Shown here piece by piece: positions 51,703-61,120 of a stretch of DNA of 64,000 bases. The DNA comes from Acidobacteriota bacterium. GTDB taxonomy: Bacteria > Acidobacteriota > UBA6911. Numbering within the stretch: the stretch's first letter is position 1; each line of letters starts with the position of its first letter. Under the pieces are notes generated by a model. It ran no database searches, was not told the origin of the DNA, and saw nothing but the letters and a program-made list of their open reading frames with translations. A program made the position numbers and the translations under genes. The DNA is taken from NCBI GenBank assembly GCA_963664705.1, contig OY761556.1:5632001-5696000 (forward strand). Reading direction: 5' to 3'.

Positions 51703-52938
51703 CTAAACAAAGAACGGAAGTATGGATGATGCGCTGGAGACAACCAATGTTGCATCACCAACCCGGTACCGGGCTTGATAATTGGGCTGTTTGATTACTT
51801 GCAGAGCAAGCGGGCAATTTAGGTGCGGCAGAAAACGTTTGAAATGTGGAGAAGGTTGCGTGTCGTTCTCCTTAACCTCCACCGGCAGCCAGGGCTTCTT
51901 ATCTTTCACAATCAGGAAGTCAATTTCCTGTTTTTCTTTTGTCCTCAAATAAAACAATTCAAACAGGCCTTCTCCTGTATCCGTCCAATAGTGGCATGCC
52001 TTAAGAAGATGGGCCGCAACCAGGTTTTCGAATTTCGCAGCAGGATTGGTGATCTCCGAATAATCCCAGAGATAGAGTTTGCCTTCTCTTTTCAATGAAC
52101 GTGAAATTTTGGAGGTGAAGGGTTTGATCTCAAATGCATAATAGAGTTCAAATAAATACTGCATCCAGCGGCGAATAGTATCGAAACTGACCTCGAGGTC
52201 TTCTCGAAGCGAAGCGCGACTGAAAAGTGATCCGACTCTTTCCGGCAAAAGGGAGACCAATGCCTCAATCTGGCTCAGTTCGGGAATGCGCGATAAATCC
52301 CGCAGATCTTCTCGGATGACTTTCTCTATGCGGCCCCGGCGCCACAAAGTCAATCGCCTTTCTTCGCCGGCTAGAAAAGGCTCGGGGAAGCCTCCCAATC
52401 GAATGAGATCCTCCAACAGGGCCTGATCCCCCTTCCTATGGTGGCTGCTATCCTCCAGTATCCGTCTGCGAACCTGGTCCGGCGGCAATAGGGGATAACT
52501 GCCAACCTCCGCCAAGGTTAGGGGGTGCAGTCTGAAATGATAATAACGGCCCATCAGGCTGTCACTCCCCTTCCGGTAGATGCTCAATCTGGCGCTGCCG
52601 GTTACGAGAATGTCCGCGTGTAGATCCATAGTGTCGTAAACGCCTTTCAGCGTCTGTTTCCACTTCTTGGCTTTGTGAATTTCATCGAGCACCAAGAGAG
52701 GAACCTGCTGGCCGGATTTTTCGATGCGGTCGGATAAGAAGATCGATTTTGGTGACTTTGTCCAGAGACGACGGAATTCTGTCTCGTCCCAATTAAAATA
52801 TGCTCCGATTCTCCGGTCCTTCAGCAGCATTTTTCCAAGCGTTGTCTTGCCGCATTGGCGCGGCCCGGAAACGAATGACATTTTCCGATGTGCAAAGGAA
52901 AGATTTGTAAGTGCGTTTTCGATATACCGATGCAACAT
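51703..52938 (-). CDS. AAA_14 plus DUF4143 ATPase
   Basis: GPRQCGKT, LDEIH, TGSA, GGFP, KLYLWD, FEN, EIDF...EVK. Confidence 0.9.
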   Translation of the reverse strand: MLHRYIENALTNLSFAHRKMSFVSGPRQCGKTTLGKMLLKDRRIGAYFNWDETEFRRLWTKSPKSIFLSDRIEKSGQQVPLLVLDEIHKAKKWKQTLKGVYDTMDLHADILVTGSARLSIYRKGSDSLMGRYYHFRLHPLTLAEVGSYPLLPPDQVRRRILEDSSHHRKGDQALLEDLIRLGGFPEPFLAGEERRLTLWRRGRIEKVIREDLRDLSRIPELSQIEALVSLLPERVGSLFSRASLREDLEVSFDTIRRWMQYLFELYYAFEIKPFTSKISRSLKREGKLYLWDYSEITNPAAKFENLVAAHLLKACHYWTDTGEGLFELFYLRTKEKQEIDFLIVKDKKPWLPVEVKENDTQPSPHFKRFLPHLNCPLALQVIKQPNYQARYRVGDATLVVSSASSILPFFV

Positions 52939-53050
52939 GTGACCATACTACGATGTGTCCGCAGTATGGTCAATATCGAACAGCGTCCAAATTGCGGGTT
53001 CATCGCAGTTTGGTCAAAATAGGTGATGGCTTTTATATCGGGCGCTTCCG

Positions 53051-53227
53051 TCACCGATGCCGGTATCGATTCACCCTTGCTAAAATCGTCCAAATCAGCA
53101 GGACTAAGGAAATAGTTACAAACCACAAAACGGCCTCCTTTGGACCGGCAATCCATTCGCAAAAGAGGTAAAGGCATAGCGCGAGAAACTGCAGTTGAAC
53201 GACTCGAATGACTACTTTGAGTAACAT
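53051..53227 (-). CDS. 58-aa two-TM protein, allele B
   Basis: N-half identical to allele A; C-half diverged but same length and ending RYRHR. Confidence 0.65.
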   Translation of the reverse strand: MLLKVVIRVVQLQFLALCLYLFCEWIAGPKEAVLWFVTISLVLLIWTILARVNRYRHR

Positions 53228-53377
53228 GCGCTTCGTACCTCCATGGTTCGGGCTGCTCAATCTGCTACAAATAGTTTTTTGTAGCAGATGTGAAAAGCGA
53301 TCGCATCCAAGTCAGATGCGGCTTGTAGCGGTGTAGCGGATCTTTCCAGGGGTGCGGAAGGTCCCCCCTATGGCACC

Positions 53378-54592
53378 CTAAGATGCTACAGCCTGCTTTC
53401 CCGAAATTATTGCGGTTAAGCGTTTGGCCCAAGCCTCCAAGGCCTCTTTCTTCTCCGCATCGTAACTGTGCCGGTCATAGACGGCGGTAATATCCCTCTC
53501 GACATGATTCAGGATTTTTTTGACTGTAAGGCGTGGAATTCCCATTCCCGTCATCAGACTGGCGGCGGTGCGCCGGAAGTCATGACCAACAAATTTGATC
53601 TTTGTGGCTCTTTGGATCCGCTCCAGTGCTTTCTGTGGATTGCTTATGTGCGTGTCGCCTTTAGGACTAGGAAAAACAAACCGCGAGTACTCGTCCTTTC
53701 CTGCAATTGATCTCATTTCTTTAATAATGGATAGCGCTGGCTCACTGAGGGGAACCCGATGAGATAAGCCGTTCTTCGTTTTTGCTCCGGGGATTGTCCA
53801 CCACCCGGAGTCAGTGTCAATTTCATCCCATTCTATGCCCATGACCTCAGCTCCTCGCTGAGCGGTCAGGAGTCTCAATTTCATGGTCCCGGCAGTAATA
53901 GCCTTTATCTTTAGATGTGATTCGTTTGTATCTTTCCTGTCGGCTTCTATGGCATCCCAAATGATCTTGATTTCATCTTCTGACAAAACTCTGTCCCGCT
54001 GGTGCTCTTTTCCGGGTGCAGGTATCAAGTAGACTGGATTACTTTCGACAATGTCGGTGGTGATGGCCCAGTTGAAGATTTTTCGCAGAAGAGCCCGGAT
54101 ACGATTGGCCATTATTGGCGCAGTTAAGCTTTTACGTTCCAACAAGGCACGAACGTCTTTCCGGGTGATATCCTTGGCATACTGCCTGCCGAATTCCGGG
54201 ATGAGGTCCTTTTTAATGACCCGTTCATCCTCCTGCCAGCTTTTCTTTTGGGTTTTGGCATGGCGCTCAATATATTCCAGGGCAACCTGTCTAAAGGTTA
54301 GTGCATGCCGTTCTTCCTGTTTCTCGGTAGCTGGATCCTGTCCGAGTTCTGCATTTCTGAGGGCTTTTGTAGCTTCGTTTCGTGCCTTGGCTAGACTCAG
54401 TAATGGGTAAGTGCCCAGTTTCATACGACGCAGGCGATCGCCGTGGCGATACATAACTCCAAAGCTCTTTTTCCCGTCTTGTGAGACACGCAGGAAGAAG
54501 CCTGAAAGTGCTTTGTCGAAGTAGTCGACCTGCTTCCCAGGAACACCTTCCAGGAACTTAATTTTGGCGGCTGTGAATTTGATGGAGGGCAT
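53378..54592 (-). CDS. int: Tyrosine integrase, second identical copy
   Basis: Same 404-aa translation as 39889-41103. Confidence 0.95.
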   Translation of the reverse strand: MPSIKFTAAKIKFLEGVPGKQVDYFDKALSGFFLRVSQDGKKSFGVMYRHGDRLRRMKLGTYPLLSLAKARNEATKALRNAELGQDPATEKQEERHALTFRQVALEYIERHAKTQKKSWQEDERVIKKDLIPEFGRQYAKDITRKDVRALLERKSLTAPIMANRIRALLRKIFNWAITTDIVESNPVYLIPAPGKEHQRDRVLSEDEIKIIWDAIEADRKDTNESHLKIKAITAGTMKLRLLTAQRGAEVMGIEWDEIDTDSGWWTIPGAKTKNGLSHRVPLSEPALSIIKEMRSIAGKDEYSRFVFPSPKGDTHISNPQKALERIQRATKIKFVGHDFRRTAASLMTGMGIPRLTVKKILNHVERDITAVYDRHSYDAEKKEALEAWAKRLTAIISGKQAVAS

Positions 54593-54788
54593 GGATTATC
54601 TCCCTTGATTTTCAAAAAGGTAACACAAAGGTAACAAAATATCCATGACTGTAGTGAAACGTAGTGAACCGTAGTGAAACAACAAAATGTGATTATAATC
54701 AGTATCTATGCGGTGATAGTGCGGGAATAGGTTGTTTCACTGTTGTTCAGGACGTTTCTGTAAGTGTTGACAGGAGAGAAACCGAATT

Positions 54789-54834
54789 ACTGGCAGTCAG
54801 GAGGTCACGAGTTCGATCCTCGTCAGCTCCACCA
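54789..54834 (+). other. 3' half of tRNA-Ala(GGC); second att core
   Basis: Same sequence as 41300-41345. Confidence 0.88.
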
Positions 54835-55062
54835 ATAACCTCTTAAAATACAATCATTTACAATCGGAGAAAAAGAATCAGATAATGCATCTTTCGTTGG
54901 GTGCGCCTGGGGTGCGGATTACTTTTAACGCCGATGTGAATAGATAAGACCTGATTAGTAAAATGGGACATACTGCAAACCCAACCAAGAGGGCTCCATT
55001 TAAGGCAGAGCCTCTTGGTTGGGTTGGTGAGCCTGAGGTGCCCACTTATTTCTAACCTCCTA

Positions 55063-55269
55063 TTACTCCTCTTCTTTCCACTGGCCGTTTGCAATTGCGT
55101 CTCCAACAGATTGGCCACTGTTCACCTGCAGCTTTAGGACTTCGCCTGTATCCGTATTCTCTATAAGCTCTGTTGTGCCGTATAGTAGCGAGAACGGGAA
55201 AGATAGTGCATTTGCCAACGATTGGCTTGCGTCGGGATCTTCGCCGAGGTGCTTATATTTTTCTGCCAT
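55063..55269 (-). CDS. Small acidic hypothetical protein
   Basis: GGAG RBS; 68 aa. Confidence 0.55.
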   Translation of the reverse strand: MAEKYKHLGEDPDASQSLANALSFPFSLLYGTTELIENTDTGEVLKLQVNSGQSVGDAIANGQWKEEE

Positions 55270-55456
55270 AGTTTATACTCCAATAAAACCTAAGAGAGAT
55301 CGGAGCTTGTTATACTATTCTCCTCTGCTCTTCTCTCTGGATGGATTGATTACCAGGAACAAACAACCGATTCTCAGAATCGCCTTGTGTTTCCCCGGCC
55401 GCTTTCAAACCAATTTGAATCGATAATGTGCCTGTCGATCCGATTGGCTAGTGGTT

Positions 55457-55490
55457 AAAACCGAAGCTCCTCAAAAGTGAGGAGCTTCGG
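55457..55490 (-). terminator. Rho-independent terminator
   Basis: 13-bp stem CCGAAGCTCCTCA/TGAGGAGCTTCGG followed by TTTT on the minus strand. Confidence 0.75.
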
Positions 55491-55505
55491 CGATCACTTC
55501 TGTGG

Positions 55506-55595
55506 TTAATTGTCTACTTCAGGACTATCAGCGTTGCTGTCCTCACTGTAATCATCAGAAGAAACGGACTCGTCGTCCGCGGAAAAATGGATCAT
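55506..55595 (-). CDS. 29-aa highly acidic peptide
   Basis: GGAGG RBS; MIHFSADDESVSSDDYSEDSNADSPEVDN; terminator directly downstream. Confidence 0.55.
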   Translation of the reverse strand: MIHFSADDESVSSDDYSEDSNADSPEVDN

Positions 55596-55779
55596 GGTGT
55601 CGTCCTCCATTTAACGAGTGGTGGTAACGCTTCTATGTTGCTTTAATCGGACCCTTCCGTTATCTTGCCCCGAAATGACATCCGACGTGAAAAGGTATAG
55701 CTTGCTTCCGCCCGCGTTCTCAAGGCATGGAAAGGTCATAAAAAGGACAACTTGCACATCGTTTACACGAGGTTAAAAA

Positions 55780-57336
55780 ATGGCAAGAAAAAGACATAGT
55801 GCGAGGTCTCCTTCAAATGGCAGAAAAACGATGAGGACTTGTAAAAAAGAGGTGGTTTCACATCGGGAATGGGGGGACCATTTTAACAAAATTCGCAAAG
55901 AACTTGCGTGGACGATAGAACAAACGGCTTTACATGTGGACCTAAGCACTGGCTGGGTTAAAAGAGCCATCAGCGGACAAAGCTTAATTGGATCCTTGCG
56001 TACGAGCGCTGAAGAAATCCTGAGAGATGAATGGAAGAGGAAATTTCCAGACAGACCATTTCTCGAATTTCCATATTGGATGCCCTGGTCGGAAACGGAG
56101 ATCAGTAATGATTTCGAGAATACATCAAAATTCGATCAGGCTATTTTGCAACAAGAAGAGGGTCTCGTTGATATCTCACCATATTCAACACGGACGGATG
56201 CTGTTTCTGTTAATTGTGAGAACAAGGTTCATCCTCTCGTCGAGGCGCTTAATATTCCCTTGACTAATGATTTCAGAACCGACCCGCTTCTGCTAAGGTC
56301 ACTTGATTTAGAGAAGACAATCGTAATTGGACACGTGATCGAGATTGCAAGTTATCATAAGTACAAAGGAATTACTGGGGCGGAGATCTTAGTCAGTATT
56401 GAGGGTAAAGCCATCCAATACCTTTCGCCTACTGTTCGTGATTTGGTTAGTGAAAGCCGCGCTAATTTGGTCAGTATTGGGAAAAAGGCGGCGAAGGAGT
56501 CCCGCGAAAAACAAGCAGTATTTGAGAGGGATCAATGCGAAACAAAGCTGCATTTAAAACCACCACATGGATTAGGAGGATTCATTCTAGATTCGGGGAA
56601 TGCCCACATTCACCTGTGCCGAAATGATTGGTTCACATGGCTTGCAATGAAGCAATTCACGAATGATATAAAGCGAGATGTGGCTAAAAATGGGCTGGAC
56701 TCTTTCCCTAATCGCCTGGATGTAGTATTGGGCATCTTGAGTGCATCTCAAGATAAAATTCTTATGGGGCTTCGCAGCCGCGATTCCGAATGTCTGGAAT
56801 CTGAGGTAGGTGTATGGGCATTGCCGGGTGAGCAAATGATCTTAGAAGAAAAGAATGGCATGCTCGTTGATGCTGACCCTGCTGGGATTCCAATGCCTGA
56901 AAAAACTGTTAGAAGGGCATTGCATGAACCCGATGAGACGGGATTTCCGGGCAAGTGGGCAAACGACCCCAACGTCACAGTTAGGTTTGTCGCCGCAGCA
57001 ACAGAATGGAATTATTTAATGACCAACCTTTTCGCGGTGGTATCGCTGGCCGAGTACATGTCTGAAGAGCGCTGCAATAATTTCCTGCCGAAAAAGGGCG
57101 AGCACGTAATGTGGGATTGGTTTCCGCTTAATGTGGAATCAATCGTGGATCTGATATGCAGAGGAACGTACGAAAAATTTGGTGTGGTTAATTCGAAAGC
57201 TCCATTGGCAGATTTCGCCAGATATGGACTACTTGTTGCAGCCTTTAACAAATTTGGGTATGAGGCCGTCTCTGAGTACATACTCCGGAGAGGTGAGAAT
57301 AAACAATTTGGGCTTAAGCCTTCGTCGTCTCTTTAA
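55780..57336 (+). CDS. XRE-like HTH plus C-terminal Nudix-like protein
   Basis: IRKELAWTIEQTALHVDLSTGWVKRAISG; ILMGLRS...GVWALPGEQM...VRRALHEPDETG degenerate Nudix box. Confidence 0.6.
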   Translation: MARKRHSARSPSNGRKTMRTCKKEVVSHREWGDHFNKIRKELAWTIEQTALHVDLSTGWVKRAISGQSLIGSLRTSAEEILRDEWKRKFPDRPFLEFPYWMPWSETEISNDFENTSKFDQAILQQEEGLVDISPYSTRTDAVSVNCENKVHPLVEALNIPLTNDFRTDPLLLRSLDLEKTIVIGHVIEIASYHKYKGITGAEILVSIEGKAIQYLSPTVRDLVSESRANLVSIGKKAAKESREKQAVFERDQCETKLHLKPPHGLGGFILDSGNAHIHLCRNDWFTWLAMKQFTNDIKRDVAKNGLDSFPNRLDVVLGILSASQDKILMGLRSRDSECLESEVGVWALPGEQMILEEKNGMLVDADPAGIPMPEKTVRRALHEPDETGFPGKWANDPNVTVRFVAAATEWNYLMTNLFAVVSLAEYMSEERCNNFLPKKGEHVMWDWFPLNVESIVDLICRGTYEKFGVVNSKAPLADFARYGLLVAAFNKFGYEAVSEYILRRGENKQFGLKPSSSL

Positions 57337-57479
57337 TTCGCTGCGCTCCTGCTTTCCGGTCAGCCCCAGCAACCAAATGCCCCATTAACCATGCAAATTG
57401 CAACAAAAGGCACGACAGGATTTAAGTTGATTGTCATCGAGTGGCTATTTTTTTTTCTTAGCTGGATGACAGGTTTTCG

Positions 57480-58223
57480 TCAGCTGAGATCCGGGGCGTC
57501 TTTAGTGTTCTTTCCCGAAATAATTTCGGAATACTTTGACAAATGAGCTTCTGCCCCTTGAACACTATCAAGGTGCTCTGCAATCTCAGAATCATCCAAA
57601 AGCCTGGCAGCCAATTTGTTGCCGGAGGAATTAGCCAAAACAGCTATCTGCTGGGGTCCCTTAATTCCTCCTGGATTTACATCGATTGCATGCTCTAATG
57701 CCCAAGATACCGCGAAAACACCCTCGTTCAGCCGAGGAATAGTGTTTTTCCAAAAAACCCTTCTCATTAGCCCTAAGAATGGATCAGTGATAGGTTGTCC
57801 ACTGCCCATTGATACATACCACATATTCGTATCCTTAAATTCGGGCTGAAAATCAGTAATTGATAACTCACACAAATAGGGCTTGTCTCTATAGGGAAAT
57901 GCTACCAATGCGCCATAAGCACCCTGATTGGCTCGGGTGAATGAGAAATCCGAAATGCCGCTGGCGCATAACTGCTTTCCAATATCTATGTACGATTTTT
58001 CTTTAGAAAAGATGTGTCGATCCCACAAATCCTGAACAACTGTCCTAAAACGTTGGCCGAGTCCCACTTGTCCCGTTCCAGCGACTATTATGGAATTTTC
58101 AATTATTGATATTTTTTTTACGGGCTGCTCAATTGTAGAAACGGTACCGGCGCCAAATGTTGCAGAACTATCTGAACCAATGACAACTCCATCCTGGCAC
58201 ATCAAACCAAGTAGGACGGTCAT
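57480..58223 (-). CDS. Proteasome-beta/HslV-like Ntn peptidase
   Basis: M-T1VLLG...GVVIGSD17S, KKI, AGTG, SMGSG, DVNPGG. Confidence 0.8.
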   Translation of the reverse strand: MTVLLGLMCQDGVVIGSDSSATFGAGTVSTIEQPVKKISIIENSIIVAGTGQVGLGQRFRTVVQDLWDRHIFSKEKSYIDIGKQLCASGISDFSFTRANQGAYGALVAFPYRDKPYLCELSITDFQPEFKDTNMWYVSMGSGQPITDPFLGLMRRVFWKNTIPRLNEGVFAVSWALEHAIDVNPGGIKGPQQIAVLANSSGNKLAARLLDDSEIAEHLDSVQGAEAHLSKYSEIISGKNTKDAPDLS

Positions 58224-58228
58224 ATACA

Positions 58229-58669
58229 CTAGCCCTGGAAAACGCTGTTGGCTTTCATTTCTGGGTAGGCTTTGTAAATTGCCGAAACCAGGTCTGCGAA
58301 AGAAAGGCTACGAACTATGTTTGATAATCTTGTAATAGTCTGAACCACCTCTGGGTCCAGAGAAGAAAGCACACTTTCTCCGACTACCTGTCCAGCGGAA
58401 GTAGTGCGGTATTTTCTCAATCGCATACTAGGTGATTTTATTATTTCAACCAACCCGGAATCTGCTAGTACATCCAGAATGTCATAAACATCCCGGTCAA
58501 ATGGCCCATAATCATATGGTTCGAAGTTGAAATGCGGGCCGTCTAGTTCCTTCGATAACTTACGATCGAGTAGAAAGAGGAGTTTTTGCATCTGCACCGG
58601 CGAATGCAATGCTCCTTTTGAAACGGCCATTGCTGCCAAAACCAGATCGCGGTTACCCATAACTCCCAA
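58229..58669 (-). CDS. Panacea/SocA/YwgA-like winged-helix protein
   Basis: QMQKLLFL...FNFEPYDYGPFDRDVYD...L...GLV. Confidence 0.7.
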   Translation of the reverse strand: MGVMGNRDLVLAAMAVSKGALHSPVQMQKLLFLLDRKLSKELDGPHFNFEPYDYGPFDRDVYDILDVLADSGLVEIIKSPSMRLRKYRTTSAGQVVGESVLSSLDPEVVQTITRLSNIVRSLSFADLVSAIYKAYPEMKANSVFQG

Positions 58670-58919
58670 GATACCATATTTTTGTTATGGTACGACTAAC
58701 TTATCGGCATACTCATCATATTCCATGGACTTTGGAGTTACTGATGCCACTGAGGATTTACAGCATGCCTTTTAGTATTACTGTGTCATAAATATATATC
58801 AAACCCGCATAAACAGCGGGTTTGATGCGTTTTCACGCTCCAGAGCGACCATGCTGAAACCCGCACCAGGCAAGGGTTAGTATTAGACCCCCAATACAAA
58901 ATGCCCTTAAACGTCGAAT

Positions 58920-58972
58920 GGTGATTTTGATGCTGAATGCCCAAGCTGTTCTTTAACGTAAGTCAGTGGTTC
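58920..58972 (-). pseudogene. 53-bp relic of a related integrase (box II region)
   Basis: Encodes EPLTYVKEQLGHS then frameshifts; aligns to about 59500-59553 (ESLTYVKEQLGHSSIKIT). Confidence 0.65.
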
Positions 58973-59250
58973 ATGCAAATGTTTAGCGTAGGTCGCGGGA
59001 AAAGGATTCGCGGTAGCTCGGATGTTTCCGACACTTGGGGACTCTTGAGAATTCTGGGTTTTGCTTTATAAAATCAGAATTTATATAGACCCCGATTCCG
59101 ATGCCGGGCAGGGCTTTCATTATTTTCAAGGTATACCCCCCAGTGGTGACGGGCACCTATTGAGATTGCATTTCAGATTTGCTGAAGGGAAGCTGGAGGC
59201 AACTGGCTCCCTCCAATTTAGTTTTTGGGGAGCCACGTCGTCGGATGTGA

Positions 59251-60552
59251 TCAAAGTCTTCCTGGTGTGTTGCTAAATACAATTGGTGCGCTTGTCACCA
59301 ACAATTGCGGAATGCCTGTTCCGGTCAGTTTAGAAACGGCAGTACCTTCGAAACCATGTGATCGTGCGCTTGTGAGCTTCTGAATTTGCATCGTGGCAAT
59401 GGTCGGCTGATCTACCGCGGTCTGCACGATATTGAGGTGGGGCAGACGGTTCACTGCTTGCCGGTTTGCGCCAGGCACCAAATGGCCGTAAATATCCACG
59501 GTGATTTTGATGCTGGAATGCCCAAGCTGCTCTTTAACATAGGTCAGGGATTCCCCATTCTGAAGAAGCAATGAGGCGAATGTGTGCCTTAGATCGTGAA
59601 ATCTGATGCTGCGCAGGCCGGCTTTCTCCAGACATTTCTGAAAATGCCGCTTCTTTAAATTTTTCATGTCCCGGAAGCCACCATTTTGGTTGGGAAAGAT
59701 CCAGTCTGTTTCTGGTAATTCGTTTTTGCCTTGGGCTAGAAACAATTCCTTTCGCTTACGTCGCAAGTCCAAAAGCGCTGATAGCAGCGCATCTGAAACA
59801 TCAACCTTCCTGATCTTACCTGATTTTGTGAGGTTGATTTTTCCGCGGACAATTCCTCTCCGAATAATCAGGAATTTGCCATTTTTATCGAAGTCGCCCC
59901 ATTGAAGTCCGGCCAGTTCTCCAGAGCGCAAACCCGTGTGAATGGCGCAGAGGAAAAGAGCAAAATGTTTTGGTGAATGCTTATTGACAGCCTCAAGGAA
60001 TTTTATAACTTCATCATTTGTAAGTGGCTGGATCTCTCTGTGTCGTATTGGTGCCTGCCTGTAAAATTCACCCAAGCGGGTTGCCGGGTTGTCTGCAATC
60101 AGTCGCGCCCGCAGCGCTTTATTCAGCATTTTTCGAAGTGTTGCCAGTGTGAGCCTGATTGTATCCTTAGCAAGTCCCTTGCTTACAAGAGAGGAGACAA
60201 ATTCCTCCACACGCTCCCGGGTTATTTCATCAAGGCGCAGCGCTCCTAATTCCTCCCTGAGGTCAACATTGTAGCGTCCCTCGTAACAGTTCCGGGTTGA
60301 TTCGCGAACGGAACCATCCAGCGTTTTCTTGAACCGCTCAAAATATGCATCCAGAGTCGGGGCTGGGGGAGAATCCTTTTTCTTTTCATCTTCTATTGTC
60401 TGGCCTAGTTTGAGCCGAGCTTCGATGTGTTCCTTTACCTTCAGCGCTGCCTTTTCCGAGCCAACTCGTTTGGATTTGCGCTTACCGTGGTGGTTTATAA
60501 ATACCCACCAAGTACCGGAACCTTTAACCTTTTCCCTGATTTGAACTCCCAT
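59251..60552 (-). CDS. int: Tyrosine integrase (second type)
   Basis: TGLRSGE, TKSG, FHDLRHTFAS, QLGHSSI...DIYGH. Confidence 0.95.
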   Translation of the reverse strand: MGVQIREKVKGSGTWWVFINHHGKRKSKRVGSEKAALKVKEHIEARLKLGQTIEDEKKKDSPPAPTLDAYFERFKKTLDGSVRESTRNCYEGRYNVDLREELGALRLDEITRERVEEFVSSLVSKGLAKDTIRLTLATLRKMLNKALRARLIADNPATRLGEFYRQAPIRHREIQPLTNDEVIKFLEAVNKHSPKHFALFLCAIHTGLRSGELAGLQWGDFDKNGKFLIIRRGIVRGKINLTKSGKIRKVDVSDALLSALLDLRRKRKELFLAQGKNELPETDWIFPNQNGGFRDMKNLKKRHFQKCLEKAGLRSIRFHDLRHTFASLLLQNGESLTYVKEQLGHSSIKITVDIYGHLVPGANRQAVNRLPHLNIVQTAVDQPTIATMQIQKLTSARSHGFEGTAVSKLTGTGIPQLLVTSAPIVFSNTPGRL

Positions 60553-60710
60553 CCGTCACCGCCCTTCCATGCCGGATAGGCATAACAGATGAGTGAATTG
60601 CAGATGCAATACGGGTAGAATGGACTCAGCCATCTCTTCCTCCTTAGTAGGAAGACTGGTTAGGGGCCGATGGATGCTCGCTACATCCTCCGGTCCCGCT
60701 TTCCAGCGGA

Positions 60711-60896
60711 TTATTTGGAATGCTTCTTGATTGCCATTGTGATCCCCTCGCGCACGAAATAGGACACCGGCAAACCCTCCCTTTCTGAAATCTTTTCCAG
60801 CTGTTTCAATTCCGATTCGGTTAACCGGACGCCGATTTGGTGCTTCTTTCTGTCGACGTCCGGAATCAATCGAAGTCCTTTGCGAGGAGCCATCAA
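60711..60896 (-). CDS. Ribbon-helix-helix (CopG-like) regulator
   Basis: QIGVRLTESELKQLEKISEREGLPVSYFVREGI. Confidence 0.75.
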   Translation of the reverse strand: MMAPRKGLRLIPDVDRKKHQIGVRLTESELKQLEKISEREGLPVSYFVREGITMAIKKHSK

Positions 60897-61120
60897 TTAT
60901 GTTTACCATTATGATTACCACTTTGTCAATCAGATAATGAAAGATAATTTCCTACGCGTAAACTGTCTGGCTTTCATTTTGAATTTGGATTTCCGCACCC
61001 CCCGCGCACCCGGCGGGTGGTTGCAAGTTTGTTTGACTAGGCTGTTGTTGGGCAACTTTTGCTAAATCAGGTGGTTAGCATTTCCGGCTGTGATAGTGAC
61101 CCCCTGACTACGTATTATTT

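Larger units (their letters stand above)
41346..54834. mobile_element. 13.5-kb tandem genomic island without transfer or Rep genes
   Basis: Bounded by two tRNA-Ala att cores; arm sites at both ends; carries its own integrase copy. Confidence 0.82.
53136..54837. repeat. Apparently identical 1.7-kb direct repeat, copy 2 (iterons 53260-53341, integrase, arms, att)
   Basis: Same comparison as copy 1. Confidence 0.95.
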
